Source of the DNA: Nitrosopumilus sp.
GTDB taxonomy: Archaea > Thermoproteota > Nitrososphaeria > Nitrososphaerales > Nitrosopumilaceae
Direction of reading: 5' to 3'
Assembly (NCBI GenBank): GCA_965214775.1
Contig: OZ243974.1
Location: 576,001 to 640,000, forward strand
DNA length: 64,000 nt
The notes under the pieces were generated by a model, which searched no databases, had not been told where the DNA came from, and saw only the letters and a list, made by a program, of their open reading frames with translations. Below are positions 51,228 through 61,836 of this stretch, one piece after another (within the stretch, counting starts at the first letter, position 1; each line of letters starts with the position of its first letter). A program made the position numbers and the translations under genes.

Positions 51228-51426
51228 TCAATTTGGCAATGCCGCCTTTTTATGCCTAGCGATAGGCCGCATGATGCGGGCCTGCCACCCATAGTGATGA
51301 TTAAAAGTCTTTGAGGTCAAAAAACCGACGGTGACGCGTTTTGATCGCCGTGTTCCATGCATGACATGGCTGTACCGAATGTCGGGTGGCATGCTTGGTG
51401 GACGGCAGCTGCCGGCCTTTCACATG

Positions 51427-51858
51427 TCACGGATGGTTCTTCCCATACACCACGCTGCATTCCTCCACGGAGCCGTCCTCGGAGGTTATCGTCGCCCTTA
51501 CCATGTGGGCAGGGTCTGCAACCGATGCGGCAAACGTACCCGACGGCTTCCACGAGTCCCCCGGGTCAAGAGCCGTCCCGTTGAGTCCGTGTACGGTACC
51601 GTCGTCATCGAGGAACCACACCGCTGCAGAGTCGACTGTCACGGTTCCCGTGTTGTATATGGACGCGGCAAAGTACGCCCGTCCCGCCCCGGTTTCGTGC
51701 AGCGCGATATCGGATATCTCGCATCCTATGGATCCCGTAAGGTTGCCCACCTGTCCCAGCAGTACAGATGCCACCGCCGCCGCCATGACAGAGGCCAGTC
51801 CTATCAGGAGCGACACCGCGACTAGGCTGTGGATGCCCCGGCGTGTCTTGGTAATCAA
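51427..51858 (-). CDS. Archaeal type IV pilin
   Basis: Class III signal RRG|IHSLVAVSLLIG; NTG. Confidence 0.8.
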   Translation of the reverse strand: MITKTRRGIHSLVAVSLLIGLASVMAAAVASVLLGQVGNLTGSIGCEISDIALHETGAGRAYFAASIYNTGTVTVDSAAVWFLDDDGTVHGLNGTALDPGDSWKPSGTFAASVADPAHMVRATITSEDGSVEECSVVYGKNHP

Positions 51859-53684
51859 GGCCCCTCCCCGGGCGGGGACGTGTCAAACAGCGTTCTTTCC
51901 TCCCCGGATGGCTCGAACCTCACGTGCAGGCGGTACCTCTTTGTGAGCAGTATGGCGTTTCCGGGATCAAATGACTTTATCCGGGAGACCTCGTGCGGCG
52001 ACAGATTGAGTATCTTGGCGGCGCTGTCGGTGGCCTCCTCCTCCATGTTCAGCAAGATCTTGGTCTCCATGTTGTCCACGATGCGGCTCGTCCCGCCCCT
52101 GTCCTGCGCAATGTCGTCTATGTTCTGCGATACGAACAGGAACTTTACGTTGCGCTTTCTTCCCATGCGGACTATCTGCTCTATGTACTTTTGGGCGCCC
52201 TCCATCTTGAAGATCATCCACGCCTCGTCCAATAAAATTATCTTCTGTACGTTCTGCGGCATGGCCTCTATCCTCTTCCATACCCTGCTCAGGGCGAGGA
52301 CCAGCAGCATTATCTCGTGCGGCTTGCCGTCTGCCTTTCTCATCGATATCACGAGCCGGTCCGATATCTTCGGGGTTCCGCGCATCATCCTGGCAAGCGG
52401 CCCGTCCACCAGGTCGTCAAGCCACTTTTGCGAGCCCGGATTGTCCGCAAGGGTATCGTACAGCTCGTCGACGCTGCCCACCCTGTCAGAGAACCTGCGG
52501 AACTGCTTTATCACGTCCTCGGGCGCCCGGGTCACGCCGCCCAGTATGTCGGCCGCATCCGCTGGCTCCAGCAGCTTGAAGGGGTCGAGGCCCAGCTCGG
52601 CGTCCCCGCCGGTTATCTGCATCCGGTCAAGGCCAAGCTCGGGGGCGATGTCGTGGTACTCGCCCATCGGGTCTATGACAAAGCACAGGCTCTCCGGGTA
52701 TTTCTCAAGCAGCCTGCGAAGGATCATCTTTGCCGTAAAGGACTTGCCCGAGCCCGACGTCCCGATTATGGCCATGTTGTAGTTTGTCCTCTTCTGAAAG
52801 TCAAATATCACGGGCGCCCCGCTGTCGGTGTTTATGCCCAGCACCAGGCCGTTTGGGACCTCCAGCATGTCGCCTGACACCATCGAGTAGAGGCACGACA
52901 TGCTTCCCAGGTCGAATGTGAGCGTCCTTCCCCACCCCTCCGCGAGCATGGCCCCCTGCCTTGCCATCTGCGTGCAGAACTCCTCGCCCTGGATGCTGGC
53001 GGCATCGCGCAGCTCCCGGACTGCCGTCCGCAGTCCCCTGAGGTCCGGCGCCACCAGTATGCATACCACCCTGCACCGGAACAGGCCAGAGTGGTTCTGC
53101 CTCATCGACGTCTCTGCGCGCTCTAATTTTTCGTACTCGGCTGCCGCAGACTTTGAGCGCAGCGACGACTCGTAGACCAGCTCCTTTCTCCTGCGTATGC
53201 CCTCAAGCGCGTCCCGGTGCCGTACGGGCTCTATCCAGATGTCCACCTCGTGGCATGCGGGAAATATCCCCGTCGCAATCCACCCCCACGCAATCTCGTA
53301 GGGGAGGCGGCGCAGCGTAAAGCACTTGGCCACAGCCGTCACCCCGTCGCCGATGTCGACGTCCATGTGGCGCCATCCCTCGCGCAGTATCCTTATCTGC
53401 CGGTGCCCGCCGATATCGGCGGTGTACTCGTAGCGCAGCGCGTCAAATATCCGGTTGAGCGGCTCGCCGCTTGAGACGTACAGCTGCAGTATGGGCATCC
53501 CCACCATCTGCCCGTCCACCGGGATTGTCAGCATCTTTCTTGCCAGCCTTATCCGAATCGGCTTGGATATCACGCGCAGCAGGTCAAAGAACTCGCCCAG
53601 CTTCTTGCGCTGCTTTTGCTCGGGAAGCGTGACAAAGTTTGTCGGCGTTACGGTATAGTGGTACGAGAATCTCACATCAGTCAA
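51855..53684 (-). CDS. VirB4-like conjugative ATPase
   Basis: NYNMAIIGTSGSGKSFTAK; VIDPMGEY; LLDEAW; RMGRK..FVSQ. Confidence 0.92.
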   Translation of the reverse strand: MTDVRFSYHYTVTPTNFVTLPEQKQRKKLGEFFDLLRVISKPIRIRLARKMLTIPVDGQMVGMPILQLYVSSGEPLNRIFDALRYEYTADIGGHRQIRILREGWRHMDVDIGDGVTAVAKCFTLRRLPYEIAWGWIATGIFPACHEVDIWIEPVRHRDALEGIRRRKELVYESSLRSKSAAAEYEKLERAETSMRQNHSGLFRCRVVCILVAPDLRGLRTAVRELRDAASIQGEEFCTQMARQGAMLAEGWGRTLTFDLGSMSCLYSMVSGDMLEVPNGLVLGINTDSGAPVIFDFQKRTNYNMAIIGTSGSGKSFTAKMILRRLLEKYPESLCFVIDPMGEYHDIAPELGLDRMQITGGDAELGLDPFKLLEPADAADILGGVTRAPEDVIKQFRRFSDRVGSVDELYDTLADNPGSQKWLDDLVDGPLARMMRGTPKISDRLVISMRKADGKPHEIMLLVLALSRVWKRIEAMPQNVQKIILLDEAWMIFKMEGAQKYIEQIVRMGRKRNVKFLFVSQNIDDIAQDRGGTSRIVDNMETKILLNMEEEATDSAAKILNLSPHEVSRIKSFDPGNAILLTKRYRLHVRFEPSGEERTLFDTSPPGEGP

Positions 53685-53723
53685 GCGGGCCCGGCCTTAA
53701 AAGGGCGGCACCGCTTGACGCGT

Positions 53724-55208
53724 ATGGAGCACCATGCCGGGGAGTTCAGTATCGTGCGGTTTGAGACCGGCGGCCCCGATGAAATAGCAGAGTCATACAA
53801 GGTAAACGGCGCCACGGTTCACATAACGCGCGACGGCAGGTACCTGGTGTCCGAGCCCGGGCTGAGCGACAGGGCGGAGAAGGTGTGGCAGGGCCTCATG
53901 GAGAACCTGTACTATTCGTTTGCGGACACGCACGTGGGGGATGCCGTGCAGGCGGTAAAGGACAGGCTGGAGGAGGAGGCAAGGCAGACGGCGGTGCTCG
54001 ATATATACGGGGCAGAAAAGGAGGCAATCGAGTACTATCTGATACGCGACATTGCCGGATACAGGGAACTTGACGTGCTGATGAGGGATCCGGGGATAGA
54101 GGACATCATATGCACCAGGTTTGACAGGGAGGTGGCAGTCATCCACCGCGATCACCTGGAGGCCGAGATGCTTAAGACCAACATCAGGTTTGCAACGCAG
54201 GAATCCTTTGACGGCCTGCTGCAGATAATGGCCCAGCGCAACGGCACGGCCCCCACGATATCCAAGCCCATATCGTATTGTTCCACCCCGGACAACGACA
54301 GGATAACCATAACGTGGAAGGACGAGGTCTCACGGCCCGGATCCACGCTTGCGATCAGAAAGTTTCCAAGGGAGCCGTATACGATAACGCACCTGCTGGA
54401 GTCCGGCGTACTCAGCCCGCTGATGGCAGCATACGTCTGGGTGATGAACGATGCCAGGTCGTTCTCCTTTATAGTGGGCGAGACCGGCTCGGGCAAGACG
54501 ACCATGATAAACGCCCTTGCCTGCATGATGCACCCCCGGTGGCACGTGCTGACCATAGAGGAGACGCGGGAGCTGAGCATACCGCACTACTGGAACGAGT
54601 ACATGGTGACGCGGACCAGCCCGCACCTTGCCAGGTCGGACTACGACATCGACATAATGGGCCTCGGCATGGCAGCGCTGAGAAAGAAGCCGCACTATGT
54701 CATAGTCGGCGAGGTGCGCGGAAGGGAGGCACAGCAGCTCTTCCAGGTGGCGCTCACCGGGCACGGGTGCGTCTCCAGCATACACGCGCCCGGCGCAGGC
54801 GACCTTATGGTCAGGCTGGGCGGAGACGAGATGGGGATCACGCGGACCCAGCAGGCAAGCATCGACTATCTTATCCAGATACAGAAGGTGAAGACGGGCG
54901 GGGGAACCGTGGCAAGGAGGGTCACGGGTATTACGGAGGTGGCCGGAGGAGCCGTCCCGGAGCTGCACGAGCTGTTCTCGTATGATCCGGCAGCGGAGTC
55001 GTTTCTGCCGGGCGATACAGATGACGTGATATCTAACAGCGTAAAGCTGAAGGATGCCACAAGGTTTCTCGGGATAGACGATATCGGGGAGGACATGGAG
55101 AGGCGCATCTCGCTTCTTGATGAGTGTGTAAGGAGCAGGGCGCACAGCGTGCGCGACGTGTTTGGCATAACCTCCAGGTATTACGGCGTGACATCGCCCG
55201 GCTCCTGA
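53724..55208 (+). CDS. Type II/IV secretion ATPase (FlaI/VirB11/TadA family)
   Basis: DPGIEDI; IRKF; GETGSGKTT; TIEETREL; ALRKKP..VGEVRG; TGH..SSIHA. Confidence 0.93.
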   Translation: MEHHAGEFSIVRFETGGPDEIAESYKVNGATVHITRDGRYLVSEPGLSDRAEKVWQGLMENLYYSFADTHVGDAVQAVKDRLEEEARQTAVLDIYGAEKEAIEYYLIRDIAGYRELDVLMRDPGIEDIICTRFDREVAVIHRDHLEAEMLKTNIRFATQESFDGLLQIMAQRNGTAPTISKPISYCSTPDNDRITITWKDEVSRPGSTLAIRKFPREPYTITHLLESGVLSPLMAAYVWVMNDARSFSFIVGETGSGKTTMINALACMMHPRWHVLTIEETRELSIPHYWNEYMVTRTSPHLARSDYDIDIMGLGMAALRKKPHYVIVGEVRGREAQQLFQVALTGHGCVSSIHAPGAGDLMVRLGGDEMGITRTQQASIDYLIQIQKVKTGGGTVARRVTGITEVAGGAVPELHELFSYDPAAESFLPGDTDDVISNSVKLKDATRFLGIDDIGEDMERRISLLDECVRSRAHSVRDVFGITSRYYGVTSPGS

Positions 55209-55213
55209 GTATG

Positions 55214-55615
55214 TCAGGTACCGTCTGATTCTAGGAACTTCTCGTTTGAGAGTATCGCGGTACCGTGAAGCGTGGCAAACAGGTATGCCACTGCCGTGCT
55301 TGCCGCCGGGTCGAGTCCGTGCATGACTATGACGGGCAGCGATGCAACGCATGCCGTCTCGATTGTTACAGTTATCAGCCAAGAGGCCCTGGCTGAGAAT
55401 CTCCTGTATACAGCGGACAGTATGACGCTCTGCTCGTGTCCTGGTATGCGGGAGCTGTTATCAAAGGTAACGTACAGATCCAGGCACATGGCTGATGCCC
55501 ACATGCCAGCTACAGCCAGTCCCGACAACCAATCCACATCGGGCCTTGTAAAAAAATACAAAAAGAGTATGGAGGCCGAGGATATGATCCCGGCACGGTC
55601 AGGGGCGCGGAACAA
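55214..55615 (-). CDS. Membrane protein
   Basis: Four hydrophobic segments; overlaps the upstream gene. Confidence 0.65.
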   Translation of the reverse strand: MFRAPDRAGIISSASILFLYFFTRPDVDWLSGLAVAGMWASAMCLDLYVTFDNSSRIPGHEQSVILSAVYRRFSARASWLITVTIETACVASLPVIVMHGLDPAASTAVAYLFATLHGTAILSNEKFLESDGT

Positions 55616-55904
55616 ACCTGTACTGGATGCCCTTTATCCCAAAGGCAACTATGATCACCACGGCCCCACCTATCCGTATCGCGTTGAGGGCTATGCTTAT
55701 CAGGCCCGTGACGTCCTCTGAGAATATCGCGTTCTCCTGACACTGCTCGTCCTCGCCTACCGCACAGAACGTGTTGATGTCGACCCCCATGAGGGGCGCG
55801 ACTATCGTGGGTGCGGCAATGATGAATATCATCGCGACAAAGGCCTTCTTTCCGAACCTGACAAGGTCTCCCTTGCTCTTTCCCTCGTCATCGTCTCCGA
55901 ACAT
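55599..55904 (-). CDS. Small 2-TM protein, VirB2/TrbC pilin-like
   Basis: Two hydrophobic helices; IRIGGAVVIIVAFGIKGIQY. Confidence 0.55.
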   Translation of the reverse strand: MFGDDDEGKSKGDLVRFGKKAFVAMIFIIAAPTIVAPLMGVDINTFCAVGEDEQCQENAIFSEDVTGLISIALNAIRIGGAVVIIVAFGIKGIQYRFVPRP

Positions 55905-55988
55905 GGTGTGTATGATGCCGTTTGATTTAAGGGGCAAAAACTAGCGTAGTATGTCAGGTTCCGCTCCTGCAGTCCACGAATCGTGTGT

Positions 55989-57629
55989 TCAGCTTGACCG
56001 GTTGCTTGTAACACTTGCGTTTAGCTTATCAATGGAACGGATAAGACACTTGACAAGGTTTTTGTAGAATTCTATGTGAGTTGCTTTGTCAAGACCGTAT
56101 TTTTGTCGCATTTTTGTGTATTCTTTTCCCTTTCTGTGTGCAACAGACGATGAGCGAATATCCTGAATCTCATCCAGCTGTGATAGTATCTCCTGGTTAA
56201 GGTGTTGATGATCTAGAAACGCCGCAAGCATTCGTATCTTCTTGCCTTTTAACTCCTCAAGTCTTCCAGAATCAAAGTTTTCTAGTTTGAGTTTTTTTTC
56301 TAACTTTCCGATGTCTATCGACTCTGGAAGCAATATTTCAAGATGATTGATCTGAGCTTCAAACTCGGTAACCTCGTCGTTTAATGGAATGTGTATGCTA
56401 CCTTTATGGGAATCATGCGCGCTCAAAGGAGTGAATAGTTTAAAGCCGTAACTCTGTTCAAAATTATTTTGTAGTGTTTCAAGAGACTTGTTAAATCTAG
56501 ATATTACATCTTTTGGATCCTCAAATTCGGCTTTAAAATCTTGTGCAATTCTCTGTGGCGAGATGCCTCCCTCCGGGGGCACGTTGAACTGTCTCCAGTG
56601 TTTCTGTTCTTCATATGGGATGTGGGATAAATCTCCAAGATGCACATGTACCAGATCTTTACGGTTTGTGTCTATATCAATACACCAAAACTCGTTACAT
56701 AGTAAACGGGTTGGCTCTACCGTATACTTGGATGGGCTGTCAGAGTATTTTTTCAGAACATCGCGTCTGAAAAAAACTGGTATTAGAAACGTACTTCTTT
56801 CCTCTCCGGAAGAATTACTCAGTTTTCTCTCTTCACATGTTGACTCTATTTCTTCTCCCTGGTCATCTACGCCAATTATGAAGTCACAGTATTGCTTGGG
56901 CCATCCCAGTAGATCCTTTGGTTTGTCAAGCGGTAGCACAATATCTTTTCCCATTGCAACTGCAATGGATTTAAAGTCAGAGTCGAAACTGCACTGACAA
57001 ACGCATATAGAGAAGTTGCGTGTTTCGTCTTGTATGGATTTTTTGTCTTCGGCAATTCCCAAGTTGTCAAGAGACTGCTTGCTGTTAACGTTATGATGGT
57101 GCTGCCTGATCAGTATTTTGTGTTTTAACGCAAGGTAATTTCTCAAAAATTTTGTCTTGATTTCGATTCTCTTGTCGTTTTGTTCGTTTTTGATCTTAAT
57201 TACACAAACGTCTTGACCTGTGTTAGATACTGCCTTGAAGGCATTTTCTTTGTCATCAAAATACAGGTTGTAAAACAGGATAAAATCCTGAATCAGTTCA
57301 AATTTTGCAGGTTTGTTATCCCATGTTCTGTATAGAACAAACGGCTCTAGTTTGATTCCGTCTATATCTTCTGATGAATTCTCATCATAGCATACCTTGC
57401 CGTCACTCTCCCATACTTCTGGAATTCCAAACCTGTTTGTTGTCACCCATGTGCAATTTTCTATTATGCCTGCAGAAGAATCGGTTTCTGCCAGTATGCT
57501 GGTGGTAAAGAACTCAGACTCTAGCGTTGGTTGTTTGTCTGCATGGCTTTTAGCTACGGTGATCCAATTTTTATCACGGTCTGGATTGTCTAACCAATCC
57601 TTAAAATGCATCATGCTGACGGTATCCAA
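55989..57629 (-). CDS. Hypothetical protein with C-terminal HEPN-like motif
   Basis: IRSSSVAHRKG (R-x5-H); AT-rich cargo. Confidence 0.7.
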   Translation of the reverse strand: MDTVSMMHFKDWLDNPDRDKNWITVAKSHADKQPTLESEFFTTSILAETDSSAGIIENCTWVTTNRFGIPEVWESDGKVCYDENSSEDIDGIKLEPFVLYRTWDNKPAKFELIQDFILFYNLYFDDKENAFKAVSNTGQDVCVIKIKNEQNDKRIEIKTKFLRNYLALKHKILIRQHHHNVNSKQSLDNLGIAEDKKSIQDETRNFSICVCQCSFDSDFKSIAVAMGKDIVLPLDKPKDLLGWPKQYCDFIIGVDDQGEEIESTCEERKLSNSSGEERSTFLIPVFFRRDVLKKYSDSPSKYTVEPTRLLCNEFWCIDIDTNRKDLVHVHLGDLSHIPYEEQKHWRQFNVPPEGGISPQRIAQDFKAEFEDPKDVISRFNKSLETLQNNFEQSYGFKLFTPLSAHDSHKGSIHIPLNDEVTEFEAQINHLEILLPESIDIGKLEKKLKLENFDSGRLEELKGKKIRMLAAFLDHQHLNQEILSQLDEIQDIRSSSVAHRKGKEYTKMRQKYGLDKATHIEFYKNLVKCLIRSIDKLNASVTSNRSS

Positions 57630-57934
57630 ATCCTGTTAACACCTCAAGAGTTAGCCTACAGCCGGATACGGTTTTGTGTCAGGTGCTTTCAGGGCATGAT
57701 TCCTATCACCATCTTTTGTAACGCTAATCCTACGACCTTGCAAAAACTGTTGTTTTTCATGCGGCCCCCTGGCTTTATTCTTGCACCATACTTTTTCAGG
57801 GCAATTGATGCAATCTGTATTGTTTGCCATTCTAATCCCACAACTGATCAATTCCACTAGTGGTATTTAAAAAAAACCGATGTTGAAAAAATTGCAATTT
57901 TTGATCGCATGATCGCAAAAAACAGTTTTGAAGG

Positions 57935-58051
57935 TAATAGGATAGCCCCTGCCTAGGCAGCAATCAGGCACGAATCTGCCTGCAGTTGTGATTTTCATGC
58001 CTGAACAGACGGTGGGTATGACTTCAACTCTAGGCAGGGGCTATCCTATTA
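57935..58051. mobile_element. MITE family D (117 bp)
   Basis: 22-bp perfect TIR TAATAGGATAGCCCCTGCCTAG. Confidence 0.9.
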
Positions 58052-58270
58052 TCTATGTGTCATGTTTATAAGGATTCCACGCGCAACGGTGTTGTGAGGC
58101 ATGGCTTTGGCTGGGGGTCTTTCCTGACAATTCCAAAATGAAGGTCGGACATTTATCTATATCTATGTGTCATGTTTATAAGGATTCCACGCGCAACGGT
58201 GTTGTGAGGCATGGCTTTGGCTGGGGGTCTTTCCTGACAATTCCAAAATGAAGGTCGGACATTTATCTAT
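58051..58270. repeat. 110-bp perfect tandem duplication
   Basis: Copies at 58051-58160 and 58161-58270. Confidence 0.9.
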
Positions 58271-58396
58271 ACGAGGATCTCCCTCAGCACCATTCTTCAT
58301 CCATTTATCAGAACCATTCTGCAGTTACAAAACGAGGATCGCCCTCAACTAGGTTAACGCAGATTAAAGTTCTAACTGTAATGGTAATACTAACAT
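58265..58396 (-). ncRNA. Candidate IS110 bridge/seek RNA region
   Basis: Two TGAGGG(C/A)GATCCTCGT hairpin motifs ~60 nt apart, downstream of the transposase. Confidence 0.45.
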
Positions 58397-59527
58397 TCAT
58401 TTCACACACGCATCTCCTATGCACTGCTTGAAGGTCATCCTCTTCTTTAGCATCCAGTATGATATGCGCAGCATCTTGGATGCGGCAGCCACTGCGGCCT
58501 TGGACGTTCCCCTCTTCTTTGCAACCCTCTTGTAAAAGACAGATATCGGCGAGTCTGACGGCGCATGTCTTACGTGGCTGTGTACTGACTCCACCAGGAG
58601 CCACCTCATCATGGGGCTGCCCCTCTTTGTTATCCTTCCATGGTGGACGGTGTCTGCCGAGTTTCTCACAGACGGCACCATTCCGGCATACGCGCACAGC
58701 TTGTGTGAGTCGGCAAACCTGTCAACGCCGTCTATCTCTGATGCCATGGTCAGCGCGGTGTAGCTGCCAAACCCGGGAATCGTCTGCAGTAAGACTGCAT
58801 CCGGACTGTCGGCAACTGCGCTCTTGATGCGCATGTCAATGCCTACTATCCTGTCGTTTATGGAGTCAATTATGCTTAATTTGTCATTTATCCTAAAGTT
58901 GTCCAGATCTCTCACCCTTGAGATCCACGGTCTGGAGAACGGATCCCCATTTACCTGTATCCTGTTTTGCAGCAGTATTGCGTGTATCTGGTTCTTTAGT
59001 ACGGTCCTTGACTGTATCGTCTTTGCGCGGTGCCTGGTCAGCTGCCTGTTCTGTACCGTCTTGCCGGAGGGAACGTAGCATGCAGATATGTATCCTCCCC
59101 TGAGAAGATCTGCCAGAATCTGCGCGTCGACCTTGTCTGTCTTTTTCTTTGATGTGGCAATGACCTTGGTCTCAAACGGGTTTGAGAGGATCACGTCCCT
59201 TTTGAGACTGTCTGAAATGAACCTGAACAGCCCGTACCATACTGAAGAGGACTCCATGACGCACTTTGCATTCTTTGGAATCCCTGCAAATATCTTCCTT
59301 ATCTCGTCGTCCTTGTTGTCGACTCTTGTGTTACTCAGCACCTTGCCGCCCTTGTTCATCACTGCAACCTGGATGAAATTCTTGTGCACGTCCAGGCCGA
59401 CATACTGCTGCTGTTGTTGTTGTATTTGTACAGTCTTTGATTTCACACGTATCCTCTTTTTTGCGGTAATCTGTTTGTTTGCATTGCCATTTATCTTGGC
59501 ACCATCTGAATTTTGTTTTTGAGACAC
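58397..59527 (-). CDS. IS110-family DEDD recombinase/transposase
   Basis: VGLDVHK, VMES, KTDKVDA, TIPGFG, YAGMVPSVRNSA, ITKRGS. Confidence 0.95.
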   Translation of the reverse strand: MSQKQNSDGAKINGNANKQITAKKRIRVKSKTVQIQQQQQQYVGLDVHKNFIQVAVMNKGGKVLSNTRVDNKDDEIRKIFAGIPKNAKCVMESSSVWYGLFRFISDSLKRDVILSNPFETKVIATSKKKTDKVDAQILADLLRGGYISACYVPSGKTVQNRQLTRHRAKTIQSRTVLKNQIHAILLQNRIQVNGDPFSRPWISRVRDLDNFRINDKLSIIDSINDRIVGIDMRIKSAVADSPDAVLLQTIPGFGSYTALTMASEIDGVDRFADSHKLCAYAGMVPSVRNSADTVHHGRITKRGSPMMRWLLVESVHSHVRHAPSDSPISVFYKRVAKKRGTSKAAVAAASKMLRISYWMLKKRMTFKQCIGDACVK

Positions 59528-59667
59528 ATATGGTTACTTTTGAAGCCACCCTGAGCTAGACTCTCAGATTTTGATCCAATCAGTACACATTTCACTTATC
59601 CACAGTGACGATTGAAGATCTTTGATCATCAAAAAGCATTCTCTTGCACAGTTTATCCCCTATAGGT

Positions 59668-59788
59668 CAGTCTTCCCAGAAGTACACGACTTGTGGCAGT
59701 TGAGACGGCGACATGCGGATTTGCAGGCAGCTTGATTTGAGCTGTTTCAAGATTGGAGCCGCTTTTTGGGTTACTTCTGGGAAGACTG
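59668..59788. mobile_element. MITE family A copy 3 (121 bp)
   Basis: TIRs plus 5-bp TSD TAGGT. Confidence 0.9.
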
Positions 59789-59858
59789 TAGGTTCAAGAA
59801 CTTTTAATCGTCGCCATATACAACCATAAATTAATAGATCTTTCATGTATGTTGTATA

Positions 59859-60818
59859 ATGATAGAATTAAAAATTGATGGTGGCATAGACTCCATAATC
59901 GGGTTTGCGGAAACTAGTGCAAAAAAGGGAGAAGTTGCAAACATCATAACACAGGGTTCTTATTTTTCTAATAGTGATCTAAACGATCCGCATGTACTTT
60001 CAATTAAAAATCAAATTGCTAACATAATGGCATCTCATGTTTTTCCGTTATTCTTAGATCATTTTTCTTCAAAAGATTTGCCAGAGAAATTTTATATCAG
60101 CTCTGTTAGAATAGAATTATTTGCGGATGATTCAAAAAATACTTTCACCTTTAACAAATACACAAAAATTCTTGGCAGTTTCATCTTGGCAAAACCAAAA
60201 ACACTCAAGAAGGGAGATCCTGTTTTTCAAGAAGATATCAAAGGTATTAATTCAATTTATGTTGAAGACAGAGACCCAAACTCTGCACTTATGTTGTTTG
60301 TGTCATTTAATGGTGAATGGTATGGAATTATTGATCTCATTTATAATCGTGCAAATGCCGCAGATAAACATGAAACAGCTCAAGAATATATCGAAACGGC
60401 GATATCTAATTTTAAAAATTCAAAATTTAAACCGTTTTACAATGATCTTTGGACTGCATATGAACTACTTGCAGAATCAATATTACTCTTGCATGGCCAA
60501 CTGAAGCTAAAAGATAGCCATGAAAAAATCTCCAAGATCCTTAAAGAATTTTGTAATACTCATAACCTTCCTTTCTATGACGAGTATAAACAAATTGGAT
60601 CTATACGAACAAGTGTAAGGTATGGGCCTCCACACAAGAAACAACCCAATATGGAGCAAGATGCTCTGAAATACTTAACAGGTCTGATTGAGTTTTCAAA
60701 ACATGTTGAGAGTTTTTTGAAAGAACGTCAAGTTCCAATAAAAATTCCTGATTCAGTCAATAGGCAACTATCAGATATTATAAAAAAGCAACTTGATTTA
60801 CATCAATCGAGTCAATAA
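59859..60818 (+). CDS. Hypothetical protein with C-terminal HEPN-like helical domain
   Basis: AYELLAESILL..SHEKI..IRTSVRYG; AT-rich cargo. Confidence 0.7.
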   Translation: MIELKIDGGIDSIIGFAETSAKKGEVANIITQGSYFSNSDLNDPHVLSIKNQIANIMASHVFPLFLDHFSSKDLPEKFYISSVRIELFADDSKNTFTFNKYTKILGSFILAKPKTLKKGDPVFQEDIKGINSIYVEDRDPNSALMLFVSFNGEWYGIIDLIYNRANAADKHETAQEYIETAISNFKNSKFKPFYNDLWTAYELLAESILLLHGQLKLKDSHEKISKILKEFCNTHNLPFYDEYKQIGSIRTSVRYGPPHKKQPNMEQDALKYLTGLIEFSKHVESFLKERQVPIKIPDSVNRQLSDIIKKQLDLHQSSQ

Positions 60819-61043
60819 TGAATTCTTTGGGATTGTTGGTTTTGCTTATCAAACTAAGTCTAGGCAAATGGGAGTTTTCCTTCCAGTTGGGAATCATCCC
60901 CAACAAATTGATCAGATAGGAAGCGACAATATGATCGTCTCTGGTTACGTGATTTGAACAAATTTCATAATTTTGGGCGCAAATTACAGGCTCTTGGATC
61001 ATCCAAACCGACCCTCTGGCATGACTGTTCACCTCTACTCTGG

Positions 61044-61799
61044 CTATCTGGATCTCCTCACCTCAAGTACCGCGTCCACCGCTGGCCGATCCTGGCCATC
61101 GACCTCGATCCTGAGTCGCTTCTGTCCCTCCGAGCGCGGCACGAACGTCATCCCCATGGTGCCGTCTGCGTCGGTGGTAACCGAGGCCTGGAGCATGTCG
61201 TCAACGTACGCGCGCGCAAGCCTGTTGCGTATGGGGACGCCGTGTATATCATACAGGGTCACCGTGATGCTCTTTGGGACCCCGAGCTCGGTCACCGATA
61301 CGGCATGCGTGCCCTCCCGGCGGGGCAGGGATCCTGCCTCGTAGGGGGATGCAAATCCTGCCAGCCTGCTCTTCGTGCCGCCTGCGGTTTTGCCCTTCCT
61401 GCCTCCTGCCTGATTCTGTCGGGCCGGCCGGGCAGATTTGAGCGACGTACGATATATCATGAACCGTATGATCATTACCACCAGCACGTCCATCGGCACG
61501 AGCTTGGGCCTGCCAAGCCCCAATACGAGGCCGGCGGGGACCGGCAGCAGCGACAGCACCACATCCCACGTGACGTCCATCCCGGTGCTTACGGCATTGA
61601 TTGAGAAGAGGGGATCCGGCATAGCCTGGAGTACGGACGGTGAGGCCCCCGAGTATATTGCCATGGGTACAATTACCGACAGTCCCATGAGGAACCCTAT
61701 CTGCCGGAACGACACCCTGCCTGCCATCGGAAGCGAGATGACGGGCTCGTTTATCGTATCTTCGCCCTCAAAGACCGTAAGTACAGTATAGCTGGACAA
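61044..61799 (-). CDS. PrgI/VirB3-like membrane protein with C-terminal Ig-like domain
   Basis: VSFRQIGFL, two TM helices, P.D..V; TTDADG. Confidence 0.6.
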   Translation of the reverse strand: MSSYTVLTVFEGEDTINEPVISLPMAGRVSFRQIGFLMGLSVIVPMAIYSGASPSVLQAMPDPLFSINAVSTGMDVTWDVVLSLLPVPAGLVLGLGRPKLVPMDVLVVMIIRFMIYRTSLKSARPARQNQAGGRKGKTAGGTKSRLAGFASPYEAGSLPRREGTHAVSVTELGVPKSITVTLYDIHGVPIRNRLARAYVDDMLQASVTTDADGTMGMTFVPRSEGQKRLRIEVDGQDRPAVDAVLEVRRSR

Positions 61800-61836
61800 C
61801 TCACCGGAAATAAAAAAAATGGATAAAAGGGAGTGG

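Noticed and set aside
47781-55382. Many long antisense or alternative-frame ORFs
   Set aside because: Shadows of GC-rich genes with no recognisable motifs
58051-58270. 110-bp duplication as a functional repeat
   Set aside because: A perfect tandem copy between a MITE and an IS end; slippage or an assembly artefact is equally likely
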